Virus record (IMG/VR): IMGVR_UViG_3300029305_001452 | Span: 32,001-96,000 of that record | Source of the DNA: a virus | Taxonomy: Duplodnaviria > Caudoviricetes | Length of the DNA stretch: 64,000 nt | Reading direction: 5' to 3' (one strand) | Part shown: one piece after another, positions 1 to 8,670 of the stretch | Numbering within the stretch: the first letter of the stretch is position 1 | How the letters are laid out: each line of letters begins with the position of its first letter | Made by a program: the position numbers and the translations under genes | The notes under the pieces: generated by a model | Told to the model about the DNA's origin: nothing | Database searches by the model: none | Seen by the model: the letters and a program-made list of their open reading frames with translations, nothing else

Positions 1-32
1 GTATTTCATACTTACCTCTTAAAACTCTATTT

Positions 33-239
33 TTATTGCTTATTATATTCGTATCCATACACAACTTTTAATGTGTTAATCATATAATCTGTGTATGAGG
101 GATATTCTCCTTTATCTAATCGTGCAATAATTCGTTCTTTAGATGCCAAAGAATAATCATCATCACCGTGACCAGCAAGACAAAAATCACCACACGCACA
201 AACACAACATTCACCACTGCAATCACTAAACATCTTCAT
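33..239 (-). CDS. small Cys-rich hypothetical phage protein
   Basis: ORF with AGAGGT RBS; bounded by TAAAA-N6-TTTTA sites. Confidence 0.75.
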   Translation of the reverse strand: MKMFSDCSGECCVCACGDFCLAGHGDDDYSLASKERIIARLDKGEYPSYTDYMINTLKVVYGYEYNKQ

Positions 240-264
240 ATTGTTACCTCTTAAAATTTTATTT

Positions 265-483
265 TTATTCGCAATTAGCGGCAGCAGTTATTTCATCAAC
301 ATTTAGTTTACACTGCTCGTCAATCCACTTGCTAACTCTTGTAGCACAGGCAACACAAAGTTGCTTTTCGTCATCATAATACTTCTTGAAGTTAACAACA
401 CCATAATGATTAAAATTAACATTCACTCCGTCAACATTAAAATCAATAGGCTTTTTACACATATCACAAGTAACTTTAATCAT
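265..483 (-). CDS. small Zn-finger-like protein (CDMC...CVAC)
   Basis: ORF with RBS; two CxxC motifs. Confidence 0.75.
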   Translation of the reverse strand: MIKVTCDMCKKPIDFNVDGVNVNFNHYGVVNFKKYYDDEKQLCVACATRVSKWIDEQCKLNVDEITAAANCE

Positions 484-512
484 ATATTCTCACCTCTTAA
501 AAGTTTGTTTTA

Positions 513-821
513 CTATTCAGACATCTTTTCATTCCACACATATACGGCATCATCAAGCTCTCTTGTATATACGGATTCACCGCACTCTTCACATTCTACA
601 GAATACTCAAATGTTTCCACAAAAAACATCTCTTTAGTTTCTACATTCTTCTTTGCAATACCTTCTTGATAAATTTGAGGCAATGCACCACATTTACAAG
701 GCAAAACCCAAGAACGCAAACTGATATGATGATTACAATTTGGACAATGAATCATTGAAGCCTTAGTTGTAATAAACATCTCTTTGCCACACATGGGACA
801 ATAACCAATCTTCTTCTCCAT
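513..821 (-). CDS. Zn-ribbon protein, Lar (restriction alleviation)-like C-terminus
   Basis: CPMC/CPNC, then LPCKCG...VECEEC...AVYVWN; start moved to the ATG after GAGG. Confidence 0.55.
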   Translation of the reverse strand: MEKKIGYCPMCGKEMFITTKASMIHCPNCNHHISLRSWVLPCKCGALPQIYQEGIAKKNVETKEMFFVETFEYSVECEECGESVYTRELDDAVYVWNEKMSE

Positions 822-829
822 AACTACCT

Positions 830-1153
830 CTAACAAATAATTAAATAACCAACTTGCTTGTTCTCCATTAGTTCTAATAATTCAGATAATCTATCGCACA
901 ATTTATCATATGCAATATTTGAAAGATAACCTACACATTGCCTATAATCTCTATTGTTACTTTCGTCTATCTTGAATTTATCCAAACCAGTTTTAAACTC
1001 TTCAATCTTTTTCTTTGTTACTCTACCACTAAATTCGGTTATTTCTTTCCCGAAACACCGTCTGAATACGGGTTGGTATGCATACATACATTCTTCATAG
1101 AAAATACTTTCTTCGTCTGTCTTTCTATGCTTGCCGATAAAACCATATCCCAT
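830..1153 (-). CDS. hypothetical protein
   Basis: ATG (MGYGF) after AGAGGTGG RBS and cassette site. Confidence 0.7.
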   Translation of the reverse strand: MGYGFIGKHRKTDEESIFYEECMYAYQPVFRRCFGKEITEFSGRVTKKKIEEFKTGLDKFKIDESNNRDYRQCVGYLSNIAYDKLCDRLSELLELMENKQVGYLIIC

Positions 1154-1178
1154 AAAACCACCTCTTAAAAGTTTGTTT

Positions 1179-1523
1179 TTATGTGTACTTTCCAGACCTT
1201 GCAACAGATGCCATGTTACCCTTTGAAACATCTTCCATAAACTTATCACTATAGTCTACAGAATAAGCAAATCTACCAGCAAAATATACGAAGCACTTTT
1301 TGCTGCCATCAATCGGAATAAAGACATAGGTTCTTGCAGTTGTCATTGCTTGACCGCCTATGCCTCCAAATCCCAAAGCAGTGCTTCCCCAAACTTGTTC
1401 AAAAGTATACATATCAAAGTCATTTATTGTTTGTCTTGGATTTTCTTTATAGTTAAATCTAAACGGCAAGTCTGCTTCAATGGAAAGAGCCTCTAGCGCC
1501 ATTTGTGTAAGTTTATTACTCAT
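1179..1523 (-). CDS. hypothetical phage protein
   Basis: ORF with RBS; WGSTALGFGGIGG motif. Confidence 0.75.
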   Translation of the reverse strand: MSNKLTQMALEALSIEADLPFRFNYKENPRQTINDFDMYTFEQVWGSTALGFGGIGGQAMTTARTYVFIPIDGSKKCFVYFAGRFAYSVDYSDKFMEDVSKGNMASVARSGKYT

Positions 1524-1540
1524 ATATAATACCTCTCATA

Positions 1541-1843
1541 TTAATTTCCCCATCTAATTTCCAACCAAGATGTTAAGGCACCATGATTATTACCTTCCTC
1601 TTTTACTGTAAATCCTTGCTTCTCGAAATATTCTTTTAACTCCATCATATACTCATATGTCATGAAGCTTTCTCGTAGTGTCTTTGTATAAATAACCTTG
1701 CTGCCACGCTTAGCTTCTCGCTTTATGTCTTTACATAGTTGCTTAATATATTTGCGTCTCATTTTTTCTAGTTTTCTTTCATGCTCTTGTAGATACTTTC
1801 TGGCAGCATCTACGTTGATAACAATACTATTAACTTCAAACAT
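1541..1843 (-). CDS. hypothetical protein
   Basis: ORF with GAGGTGG RBS. Confidence 0.7.
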   Translation of the reverse strand: MFEVNSIVINVDAARKYLQEHERKLEKMRRKYIKQLCKDIKREAKRGSKVIYTKTLRESFMTYEYMMELKEYFEKQGFTVKEEGNNHGALTSWLEIRWGN

Positions 1844-1847
1844 TATA

Positions 1848-2351
1848 TTACCACCTCTCAAAATACTCGCTCAAATATTCAGTTGGGCCAAGTGCAATTT
1901 CCTTGTGGCTGATGCCGGTTTCAAAACATTCACCAATCCACTGATCCCAATTATTATACATAGCATCTGGACCACAACCACTTTCGCCACGCTTGTCTCT
2001 GATGAAGCAACGACCAACCCATTCGGCCTTACAACTAGACATAGGATATACAATTGTAAAATCAATACCTTCCTTATCAAGCGCCTCTCTAACAGATGCG
2101 TGGCTACTTACAAAGATACAATCATACTTACCAATGTTTTCTTTAATATGTTTAATATAGTTATCTGGGAAGTCTGGGTTGCGAACTCTACGAAATCCTC
2201 TAAACACATCCCCATTTTCATCTATGTTAGTAAGTACCCAACTAAATTGACTACTATCGGAGTCAAGAATCTTTAAGCCATACTTTTCTTGATTTTCATA
2301 TAAATATGTCTTGCCACAGGCAGGGAAGACGCTATAAATTTTTGTATTCAT
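1848..2351 (-). CDS. P-loop nucleotide-kinase-like protein
   Basis: N-terminal FPACGKT Walker-A-like motif followed by DSDSS. Confidence 0.55.
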   Translation of the reverse strand: MNTKIYSVFPACGKTYLYENQEKYGLKILDSDSSQFSWVLTNIDENGDVFRGFRRVRNPDFPDNYIKHIKENIGKYDCIFVSSHASVREALDKEGIDFTIVYPMSSCKAEWVGRCFIRDKRGESGCGPDAMYNNWDQWIGECFETGISHKEIALGPTEYLSEYFERW

Positions 2352-2362
2352 ATAACTACCTC

Positions 2363-2647
2363 TTAATATGTTTTTTCTGCTTCAAAATACATTGTATTAT
2401 AATCGCTGTCTCCGCTTTCTTTTACATATTCATCAAACTTTTTTCTCAAACAAGCCTTAGAACATATATCAAAGTGCTCAATGCTTTCACAACTGTCGTT
2501 GCCCCAGTCATGATGTCCTGTAGTAAGCTCCCAGTATCCATTATTTTCAATTATGCCGTCGCAAACATCACAATGCAGCGTTTCTTTTACACAAACTCTT
2601 TCTGTGACAGTATGTGTTTTAACTTCATATTCTCTTTTAATGCTCAT
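2363..2647 (-). CDS. hypothetical Zn-binding protein
   Basis: CDVC...CSKAC motifs; RBS. Confidence 0.7.
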   Translation of the reverse strand: MSIKREYEVKTHTVTERVCVKETLHCDVCDGIIENNGYWELTTGHHDWGNDSCESIEHFDICSKACLRKKFDEYVKESGDSDYNTMYFEAEKTY

Positions 2648-2658
2648 ATTTACACCTC

Positions 2659-2949
2659 TTAAAATTTATCCTTACACTCAGGACAGTAGTCCTTATCACC
2701 ATCTACATGGTGAACCCAGCCTGCAGCCTTAGCCTTGTCAAGCGCCTCGTTGTGACTATCTGCATGCGGACTATGCTTTCCGCAGCCGTCACACTTTCTA
2801 TAATGTTGTCTAACAGTTTTAGGAAAACTCAAAAATAAAATTGAAAATAGCGCAATCCACCATCTATTAAATCCCATAGCTAGGAGTGTAAAACAAACAA
2901 CGCTAATCATATTGTAAATGGCGCAAGCCCAAATAGTATTTTTATTCAT
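2659..2949 (-). CDS. membrane protein with C-terminal Zn ribbon
   Basis: two hydrophobic segments, then CDGC...CPEC. Confidence 0.65.
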   Translation of the reverse strand: MNKNTIWACAIYNMISVVCFTLLAMGFNRWWIALFSILFLSFPKTVRQHYRKCDGCGKHSPHADSHNEALDKAKAAGWVHHVDGDKDYCPECKDKF

Positions 2950-3220
2950 TTATATCACCATCCATTCTAGACCCACAATCAGGACAGTATCTCATCCAGC
3001 TATCATAGTCCCATACATTTCTAGTTGTGCGATGGCAATGCTGGCAAGTGCCGCTACCGTCTTTATTAAACTTCCATGAGCTATGATTTATCTCAGCCCA
3101 TTTTGTGCGGTCTTTAAAATCTTCGCAACCAAACTCATTCAAATAATCTTCGTCACCGGATACACTGTTTTCAATAATCACACATACTTCATAATGTAAA
3201 CAATCTTTACAAGTAGTCAT
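2942..3220 (-). CDS. Zn-ribbon phage protein
   Basis: CKDC, CQHC and YCPDCGSRMD motifs. Confidence 0.7.
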   Translation of the reverse strand: MTTCKDCLHYEVCVIIENSVSGDEDYLNEFGCEDFKDRTKWAEINHSSWKFNKDGSGTCQHCHRTTRNVWDYDSWMRYCPDCGSRMDGDINE

Positions 3221-3224
3221 TATA

Positions 3225-3551
3225 TTAAATTTCACCATCCATCTTTGCACCACAGAACGGACACACCTTGAATCGTGCTTTCCAGTATTCCCGGTCATGA
3301 GATTCGATCTTGAACACTTCCTCACAATGAGAACAATCAATGCTCTTGTAAATAATTCTTCCAGTTTTGGGATCTACCGCACATCCATCTTCCCAATGTG
3401 CGTGTACCACTTCCACGGCATCCACGGTGGGAAGAGAGTTAAACCATTCTTCCACACACCATAAGTCTGTCGAGCAACCAAATCCACATTCTATGTCTTG
3501 TATATTTGCTTTATTGGCGTCAATAAATCTAATTCCATTTGTCATCTTCAC
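3225..3551 (-). CDS. Zn-ribbon phage protein
   Basis: PTVDAVEVVHAHW...CSHC...CPFCGAKMD pattern. Confidence 0.7.
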   Translation of the reverse strand: MKMTNGIRFIDANKANIQDIECGFGCSTDLWCVEEWFNSLPTVDAVEVVHAHWEDGCAVDPKTGRIIYKSIDCSHCEEVFKIESHDREYWKARFKVCPFCGAKMDGEI

Positions 3552-3707
3552 TCACCACTCAACTACAAAGTCATCCACTTCTTCTACAGTTTCAATTCCA
3601 TACTCACAGAAAGCATAGTCTTCATCGTCAAACTTTTCACGCGCCTCTTCCTCGTCGTCTGCATCAACATAGGCAAACCCTCCAAATATAATCTTAAATC
3701 TTGCCAT
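3552..3707 (-). CDS. small acidic protein (51 aa; not in ORF track)
   Basis: MARFKIIFGG...VVEW* with GAGG RBS. Confidence 0.6.
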   Translation of the reverse strand: MARFKIIFGGFAYVDADDEEEAREKFDDEDYAFCEYGIETVEEVDDFVVEW

Positions 3708-3718
3708 ATTCTGTCCTC

Positions 3719-3892
3719 TCAATCCAAATCAAAACGTTCATTAGCCATAACTACGGACACAATTTCATCTGCAAACTCTTCATCTGTCATTTCAACTAGG
3801 TCAAGCATAATGTTGCAAAGAGTCATAACGGTGTCCTCTACTGTGTGACCAGATGTGAATTGCTTAATTGCATCAATCATTTCATAATACAT
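3719..3892 (-). CDS. small acidic protein (57 aa; not in ORF track)
   Basis: MYYEMIDAIK...FDLD* with AAGGAG RBS. Confidence 0.6.
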   Translation of the reverse strand: MYYEMIDAIKQFTSGHTVEDTVMTLCNIMLDLVEMTDEEFADEIVSVVMANERFDLD

Positions 3893-3928
3893 AATTAATT
3901 CTCCTTACCTCTTAAAATATGTTTTTTA

Positions 3929-4201
3929 TTAGTACTTATCTTTAACAAATACTTGACCGCACTTCGTACAATAATAAAATGTTTTGTCTTTTATTGATTC
4001 TCCGTATTTGCGACTTCCCCAAGCATTAGAATTATGCGAAATTCCGTTGTCATAATATAACTCTTCTAATTCGTGCTTGCAATTACCATGCTTTTCCAAT
4101 GCCTCAACTGCCATCTTCGCATAGCTCGTTACTGGCTCACTAAAAATATCATGTGTAATTCCATATTTAAAATGATTAATTGCGTCATTTATGTCTGTCA
4201 T
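3929..4201 (-). CDS. hypothetical protein
   Basis: ORF; AVEALEK and CTKC motifs. Confidence 0.7.
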   Translation of the reverse strand: MTDINDAINHFKYGITHDIFSEPVTSYAKMAVEALEKHGNCKHELEELYYDNGISHNSNAWGSRKYGESIKDKTFYYCTKCGQVFVKDKY

Positions 4202-4671
4202 TCTTCTACCTCAATAGGCTCTTTCTTCTTTAGTGCAATAGGTCTTACAGTATCTCTAATAACATCTTCAACCGTATCAGAAATAGTATTAGAAACCTTA
4301 GCGACTTCTTCCTTAACTTCAAGGAGTAACCTGGTATTATCCTCTAACACGGAACCAAAGCATTCACTCAGATTCAGCTCAGAAAAAACACTCTGTAGCT
4401 GCTTAAGTTCTAGAATCCGGCGCTTGATGTCAGTCTGTAGCTCGGTAATAAAAATCTCTTTTGCAATCTGATGGTTCTCATTATTGAAGTCAAATTCATA
4501 GCGCTCCATATAGTCGTTAGCAAATGCAACCTTGCCATTATCCATATAGATATAAGTACCCCTATTAGAGCTACCTTTATTGTTTACCTTATCTTTAATT
4601 GAAACTGCATAAATTAGTTTGCCGTAGCGAATAATCATAGTTTCGTTGTATTTCTTTTCACACTTGCTCAT
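4198..4671 (-). CDS. hypothetical protein
   Basis: 157-aa ORF with RBS. Confidence 0.7.
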   Translation of the reverse strand: MSKCEKKYNETMIIRYGKLIYAVSIKDKVNNKGSSNRGTYIYMDNGKVAFANDYMERYEFDFNNENHQIAKEIFITELQTDIKRRILELKQLQSVFSELNLSECFGSVLEDNTRLLLEVKEEVAKVSNTISDTVEDVIRDTVRPIALKKKEPIEVEE

Positions 4672-4757
4672 TCAACATTATCCTTTCTTGTCTCGTCTAA
4701 AAATACCCTAAAAATCAATAGTAATTTAAATTTTAATAGAGTAGGGTATATAAGTTA

Positions 4758-4961
4758 TCATTCCAAATCTTCGTCCTCAAAATCGTCCATATTCTCACTA
4801 TTTTTTCTAACAGGCTTCAATTCGTCGTTTTCTTCCTTGCCCATACGATATCGCCACAGAGGACAATTTTCTGCGGGGCATCTACGCACCTCAGCCATAT
4901 TACCGCCACAACAGTCGATGCACTTTAGACGGATTGCCTTAGATCTACTAATTCGCTCCAT
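4758..4961 (-). CDS. small Zn-binding phage protein
   Basis: KAIRLKCIDCC...C....CPLWRYR motif. Confidence 0.7.
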   Translation of the reverse strand: MERISRSKAIRLKCIDCCGGNMAEVRRCPAENCPLWRYRMGKEENDELKPVRKNSENMDDFEDEDLE

Positions 4962-4963
4962 AA

Positions 4964-5266
4964 TTAACCCCCATAAACCTTTACTTTAGTATGAGCGTTC
5001 TGCTTAATACAAAACTCAATTGCCTCTTCCTTATCTGTGAACAGCTGATCAAAATCACAAAATGGAATTTGCTCACCGTTATCTAAGGTAACGCCATAAA
5101 CACCAGTTACCCATATACCAGTCACGACACACACGGTAACAACCCACTTTGAGTTCTTTTTCCACCACTTCTTTTTATGTGCATAATAAACTACTTGGTT
5201 ACACCTAAAAGGAACGGTATATTTAAGATTACCATCAAGCTCGTGCATTATAATTGTCCATCCCAT
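4964..5266 (-). CDS. hypothetical protein
   Basis: ORF with GAGGAG RBS. Confidence 0.7.
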   Translation of the reverse strand: MGWTIIMHELDGNLKYTVPFRCNQVVYYAHKKKWWKKNSKWVVTVCVVTGIWVTGVYGVTLDNGEQIPFCDFDQLFTDKEEAIEFCIKQNAHTKVKVYGG

Positions 5267-5309
5267 ATTATAAACTCCTCGTCGTTTTAATACAATTCAT
5301 TTTGTATTG

Positions 5310-5507
5310 TTAACGGCTTTCACGCCAGTAACAAATAAGCAAATATACAATTGCAATCAAGATTAGTGCAATGTTAATCCACAGAGGGATTAGTACTACC
5401 CACCAAGACCAGGCAATTAGGTTGAGCAGCTTCAGCACTATAAAGATAATTTGTAGTACGCCAAGTATGCCCATGCCGCCACTTGCTCTGCTATTAGATT
5501 TCTTCAT
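5310..5507 (-). CDS. small membrane protein
   Basis: FIVLKL...WSWWVVLIPLW hydrophobic pattern. Confidence 0.7.
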   Translation of the reverse strand: MKKSNSRASGGMGILGVLQIIFIVLKLLNLIAWSWWVVLIPLWINIALILIAIVYLLICYWRESR

Positions 5508-5522
5508 ATCTTATTCCCCTCA

Positions 5523-5789
5523 TTAATATGCACTAAATGTTACTTCAATCTTGCAATTGAAGATGTCCTTAAGCATCTGCTTCATCTCGGCCATCATACC
5601 CTTACAATATGCAGATGTTCTACCTTCAGTCTGATAAGTTGCCATTAGGCTACCATCTGCGGCATATCCTAAATTAAAATAAACACCATGCTCATCAGCA
5701 AAGTCACAGATTGGATTTGCCATCTGTGCGATTGTTGTCTCGTCTGTAAGCTTGGTATGGATTCTTACATCTTGTCTTCCGTACGTCAT
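5523..5789 (-). CDS. hypothetical protein
   Basis: ORF with AAGGAG RBS downstream of a promoter. Confidence 0.7.
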   Translation of the reverse strand: MTYGRQDVRIHTKLTDETTIAQMANPICDFADEHGVYFNLGYAADGSLMATYQTEGRTSAYCKGMMAEMKQMLKDIFNCKIEVTFSAY

Positions 5790-5828
5790 ATTTTTGTTGC
5801 TCCTTTGTATTAATTTTGTACCGTTGGA

Positions 5829-5857
5829 ATTATATCATAAAATCCACAATTTGTCAA
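5829..5857 (-). promoter_or_regulatory. sigma-A-type promoter
   Basis: TTGACA-N17-TATAAT with TG extension on the minus strand; 17-bp motif just downstream (5809-5825). Confidence 0.8.
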
Positions 5858-5879
5858 GAGGGTGGTATTAAGTTTATAC

Positions 5880-5944
5880 TAGTATAAAAATGATACTAGG
5901 GGTAGTATAAAAATGATACTAAAAATAGTATAAAAATGATACTA
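5880..5944. repeat. three 19-bp palindromic direct repeats TAGTATAAAAATGATACTA (23-bp period), iteron-like
   Basis: copies at 5880, 5903 and 5926; TAGTAT-N7-ATACTA; followed by an almost pure A/T tract to about 5988. Confidence 0.85.
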
Positions 5945-6026
5945 CATAATATATAATAATATATAAATTAAAATATAAATATATATAAGGCTCGCTAAAA
6001 GCTCGCAACGGGGGATTAGGCTTCGC

Positions 6027-6374
6027 CTACGGATCGCTTGCTTCGCTACTTGGGTCTTTGTCTTGCTTCGCATCTTTGGACAATATCTTTTGGACATCAA
6101 CATAGATGTTGCCTTTTTCGTCTAGCTGGATATAACCCTTGTCCTCTAGTTGCTTGCGCACTTTATAATAATTATTTGGCTGGGATATCCCGGTCATTTT
6201 TTGCATATACGCTGTACTTGGGGAGAATGACCCATCGCCTTTACAACCTAGTAGAGTTAGGAGGACTTTTGCCTCGTTACCGCCTAATTGATTATTTATA
6301 GCCGAGAATAGATTGCTTGGGTATACCATAAAGCTTTTTGGTTTATCTTCTTTGTCATGGAAAACCTGGGGCAT
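6027..6374 (-). CDS. winged-helix DNA-binding protein (replication-initiator-like)
   Basis: GNEAKVLLTL...FSPS...MTGIS...YKVRKQLEDKGYI wHTH pattern; adjacent to the repeats. Confidence 0.6.
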   Translation of the reverse strand: MPQVFHDKEDKPKSFMVYPSNLFSAINNQLGGNEAKVLLTLLGCKGDGSFSPSTAYMQKMTGISQPNNYYKVRKQLEDKGYIQLDEKGNIYVDVQKILSKDAKQDKDPSSEASDP

Positions 6375-6409
6375 TTGAATCCTCCTTTCATTAATTTTGT
6401 GTCGCTTGG

Positions 6410-6438
6410 ATTATACTACATTTTTTTAGATTTGTCAA
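6410..6438 (-). promoter_or_regulatory. sigma-A-type promoter
   Basis: TTGACA-N17-TATAAT on the minus strand; 17-bp motif at 6390-6406. Confidence 0.8.
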
Positions 6439-6479
6439 GAGGGGTGATTTATTGTGTCACTTTTGACTTTTTTTGGTTG

Positions 6480-7070
6480 AAAGCACCCCCTGGGCGGTAC
6501 ATTTAATAAGGGTTTGCTTTTGGGTTTTATGGTTTGGTTATTTAGGATGGGTTTATTTACCTACTAACCTAGTAGGTTAATAGGATGATATTAGATTTGC
6601 CTATTGGTTTGGTAGGCAATTGTTGGTGGTTTTATGGTTTGATTGTAAATGTTTACGGTTTTTGGAGGGTTTTTATATGGATTTTTAGGGCTTTATATTT
6701 TAATAAGGTATTGTTTGGAATTAACCGATGGTTTTGGAGTTTTATGAAGATAGGTTGTTTTATTAAGGTATTGTTTGGAAATTGGGGAGTTTGGGGATTT
6801 GGTGGTGGTTTTGATGGGTATTTAGTTGGATTTTTATTTATGTTTTAATTGTGGGGAAGTGCCGGTGTTTTGGGTGAAACTTTGTTTTTGCAGTCAGTGT
6901 GGAAATATACCACATGTGGGGAAATTCACGAAAAACACAAGATATTGTGGTTTTAAGTACCCCCATGGCACAAAATATTGGGATCAAATCAAAACTTTGC
7001 AAAATATGTATTTTCAAAAGTTTTTAGAAATTTGGTGTTGACTTTGAGGATTTTTTTGTTATTGTCAAAT
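6480..7070. other. non-coding G/T-rich divergence region (possible terminus, packaging or origin region)
   Basis: C-poor plus strand; 17-bp direct repeat at 6704/6764; transcription diverges here. Confidence 0.45.
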
Positions 7071-7145
7071 CACACCAAAGGCAAAAAGGTCTTTGGTGAA
7101 TAAATATCACGCCGTGTACACACACGAGCATATGGAGGTAATCGT

Positions 7146-7574
7146 ATGAAAACTAACACTATGGACGCACGCATCAAGGAACTGATGGCTATGGGAGCTA
7201 CTTTCGCAGAGGCACACAAAGCCGCATTGGACGAGGCTGTTGCCTTCGGCAACGGCAAGGGCAAGAAGCCGACTGGCAAGGCTGCACCGGAACTCGTAGA
7301 GTTCCGCAAGAAGAACGGCGAAGTCAAGATGGTCAGCCCTAAGCAAGCAGCCGTGTGGGAAGCTGCACGCAACCGTAGCAACGGCAAGACTCTTGACGAA
7401 GTCAAGGCTGAATGGGAGGCTAAGCACAAGGCTTTCAAGCCTAGCAAGGAGCTGATTGCAGCCCTTAAGGCGAACCCGATCATGACTCGCAAAGAGGCTA
7501 AAGCCTACGGCTTTATCGGCACTAAGGACGAGTTCAAGGCTCTGAAAATCAAGCACAACGTGTACGCTAAGTAA
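7146..7574 (+). CDS. basic, strongly codon-biased early protein
   Basis: GGAGGT RBS; AAG/GCT-rich codons; own terminator. Confidence 0.8.
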   Translation: MKTNTMDARIKELMAMGATFAEAHKAALDEAVAFGNGKGKKPTGKAAPELVEFRKKNGEVKMVSPKQAAVWEAARNRSNGKTLDEVKAEWEAKHKAFKPSKELIAALKANPIMTRKEAKAYGFIGTKDEFKALKIKHNVYAK

Positions 7575-7587
7575 CACCTAACCACCT

Positions 7588-7625
7588 ATACCCCTCACCC
7601 CTCGTGGGTGGGGGGTATTTTTTTT
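7588..7625 (+). terminator. intrinsic terminator
   Basis: ATACCCCTCACCC-TCGT-GGGTGGGGGGTAT followed by T8. Confidence 0.8.
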
Positions 7626-7797
7626 GCGAACGGGTAATCCCCACAAACCACACTCACCCACACACATACACACATAGACCGTCACCTATAGGATCCACGA
7701 AAGGAGTAACCACAATGCTAGACACCGTAATCATCATAACCTGCACACTCATAACTCTCGGTACTTACATCTACCTGAAAGCCACCAAGGTTATTTG

Positions 7798-7857
7798 GTG
7801 AGCATACAGACCAAGCCCTTGAGCCACCACGGTTCGAGGGTTTTACTGTGTGCTTAC
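7798..7857 (+). promoter_or_regulatory. long intergenic hairpin (RNase III-site-like)
   Basis: GTGAGCATACAG/CTGTGTGCTTAC outer stem, internal loop and 13-bp inner stem, with G-U pairs. Confidence 0.55.
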
Positions 7858-7902
7858 ACACATATCTTACGGCTGACGAGCCTTAAACGTAGGAGGGATC
7901 CA

Positions 7903-8205
7903 ATGAACGAAAACACCAACTTCAAGACCATGCTCGCTATGATGTGGGATATGCAAAATCCCATCATCACAGTAGAGTTCTTGAGTGAGAAACTGCACTA
8001 TGACGAATACTTTACAACCCATCACATCATCGTCCCCGACGGCAAGGACAAGGTGATAGACTTCTGTTTTGTAGAGGGTAGGCACACCACCAACAACTAT
8101 CTGTACTATACAAAATCCGTAGACATCACACTCGATGAGGCTTTGGTTCGTTATAGCAAAGAGGTGATGAGAGGACAAGCAAAACTTACCCTTTACGGTT
8201 GCTAA
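7903..8205 (+). CDS. hypothetical early protein
   Basis: AGGAGG RBS before MNENT. Confidence 0.75.
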   Translation: MNENTNFKTMLAMMWDMQNPIITVEFLSEKLHYDEYFTTHHIIVPDGKDKVIDFCFVEGRHTTNNYLYYTKSVDITLDEALVRYSKEVMRGQAKLTLYGC

Positions 8206-8255
8206 GCATAGAGCCAGCGGACATCACTTCGGTGGTGTCCGTCACTGTGTGCTTA
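8203..8255 (+). promoter_or_regulatory. long intergenic hairpin (RNase III-site-like)
   Basis: TAAGCATA/TGTGCTTA outer stem; inner GCGGACATCAC-TTCG-GTGGTGTCCGT. Confidence 0.55.
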
Positions 8256-8295
8256 ACAAAAACTATACTCGCACACGAACAAGGAGGAATTAACC

Positions 8296-8607
8296 ATGAG
8301 TAAACAATCAAGAGCAAAATCAAGAGCAAGACGCAAGGCTAGAGGTACTGGCTCAGCAGCAGCAGCCATGTACATCAGCAATCTGAACCGTATGTCTGAT
8401 GCCAACCACTACTTAGCCAAGGAAGCACTCCTTGACGAACTACACACAGTCCTTTGTGACCGTAGAGTATTCAAGGACAACAAGTTCATGAATATGTTCC
8501 GTGATAACTTCTGGGGTTCTCTTGAGCGTGAGATTGCTATGCACCACAGCAGCAGCCCTAAGCGCATCAAAGCCCTTGAGTTGATTGCACGAATCAGAAT
8601 GTTCTGA
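8296..8607 (+). CDS. hypothetical basic early protein
   Basis: AAGGAGG RBS. Confidence 0.75.
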   Translation: MSKQSRAKSRARRKARGTGSAAAAMYISNLNRMSDANHYLAKEALLDELHTVLCDRRVFKDNKFMNMFRDNFWGSLEREIAMHHSSSPKRIKALELIARIRMF

Positions 8608-8615
8608 CCACAATA

Positions 8616-8648
8616 AGCCACTATCTACCACGGGTAGTGGCTATTTTT
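8616..8648 (+). terminator. intrinsic terminator
   Basis: AGCCACTATC/GGTAGTGGCT hairpin plus T tract. Confidence 0.65.
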
Positions 8649-8670
8649 ATGTCTGTTAGGAGGAGTAACT

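Noticed and set aside
2360-2378. Additional cassette site near 2363
   Set aside because: Arms are too degenerate to count.
5880-5944. Possible mini CRISPR array
   Set aside because: Spacers are only 4 bp and no cas genes are present; the layout fits protein-binding iterons.
6585-7041. ORFs 6585-6848 and 6826-7041
   Set aside because: Products of the G/T-rich low-complexity tract, with no convincing RBS or protein character.
7070-7577. Two long antisense ORFs over gene 7146-7574
   Set aside because: Shadows of strong codon bias on the sense gene; no RBS.
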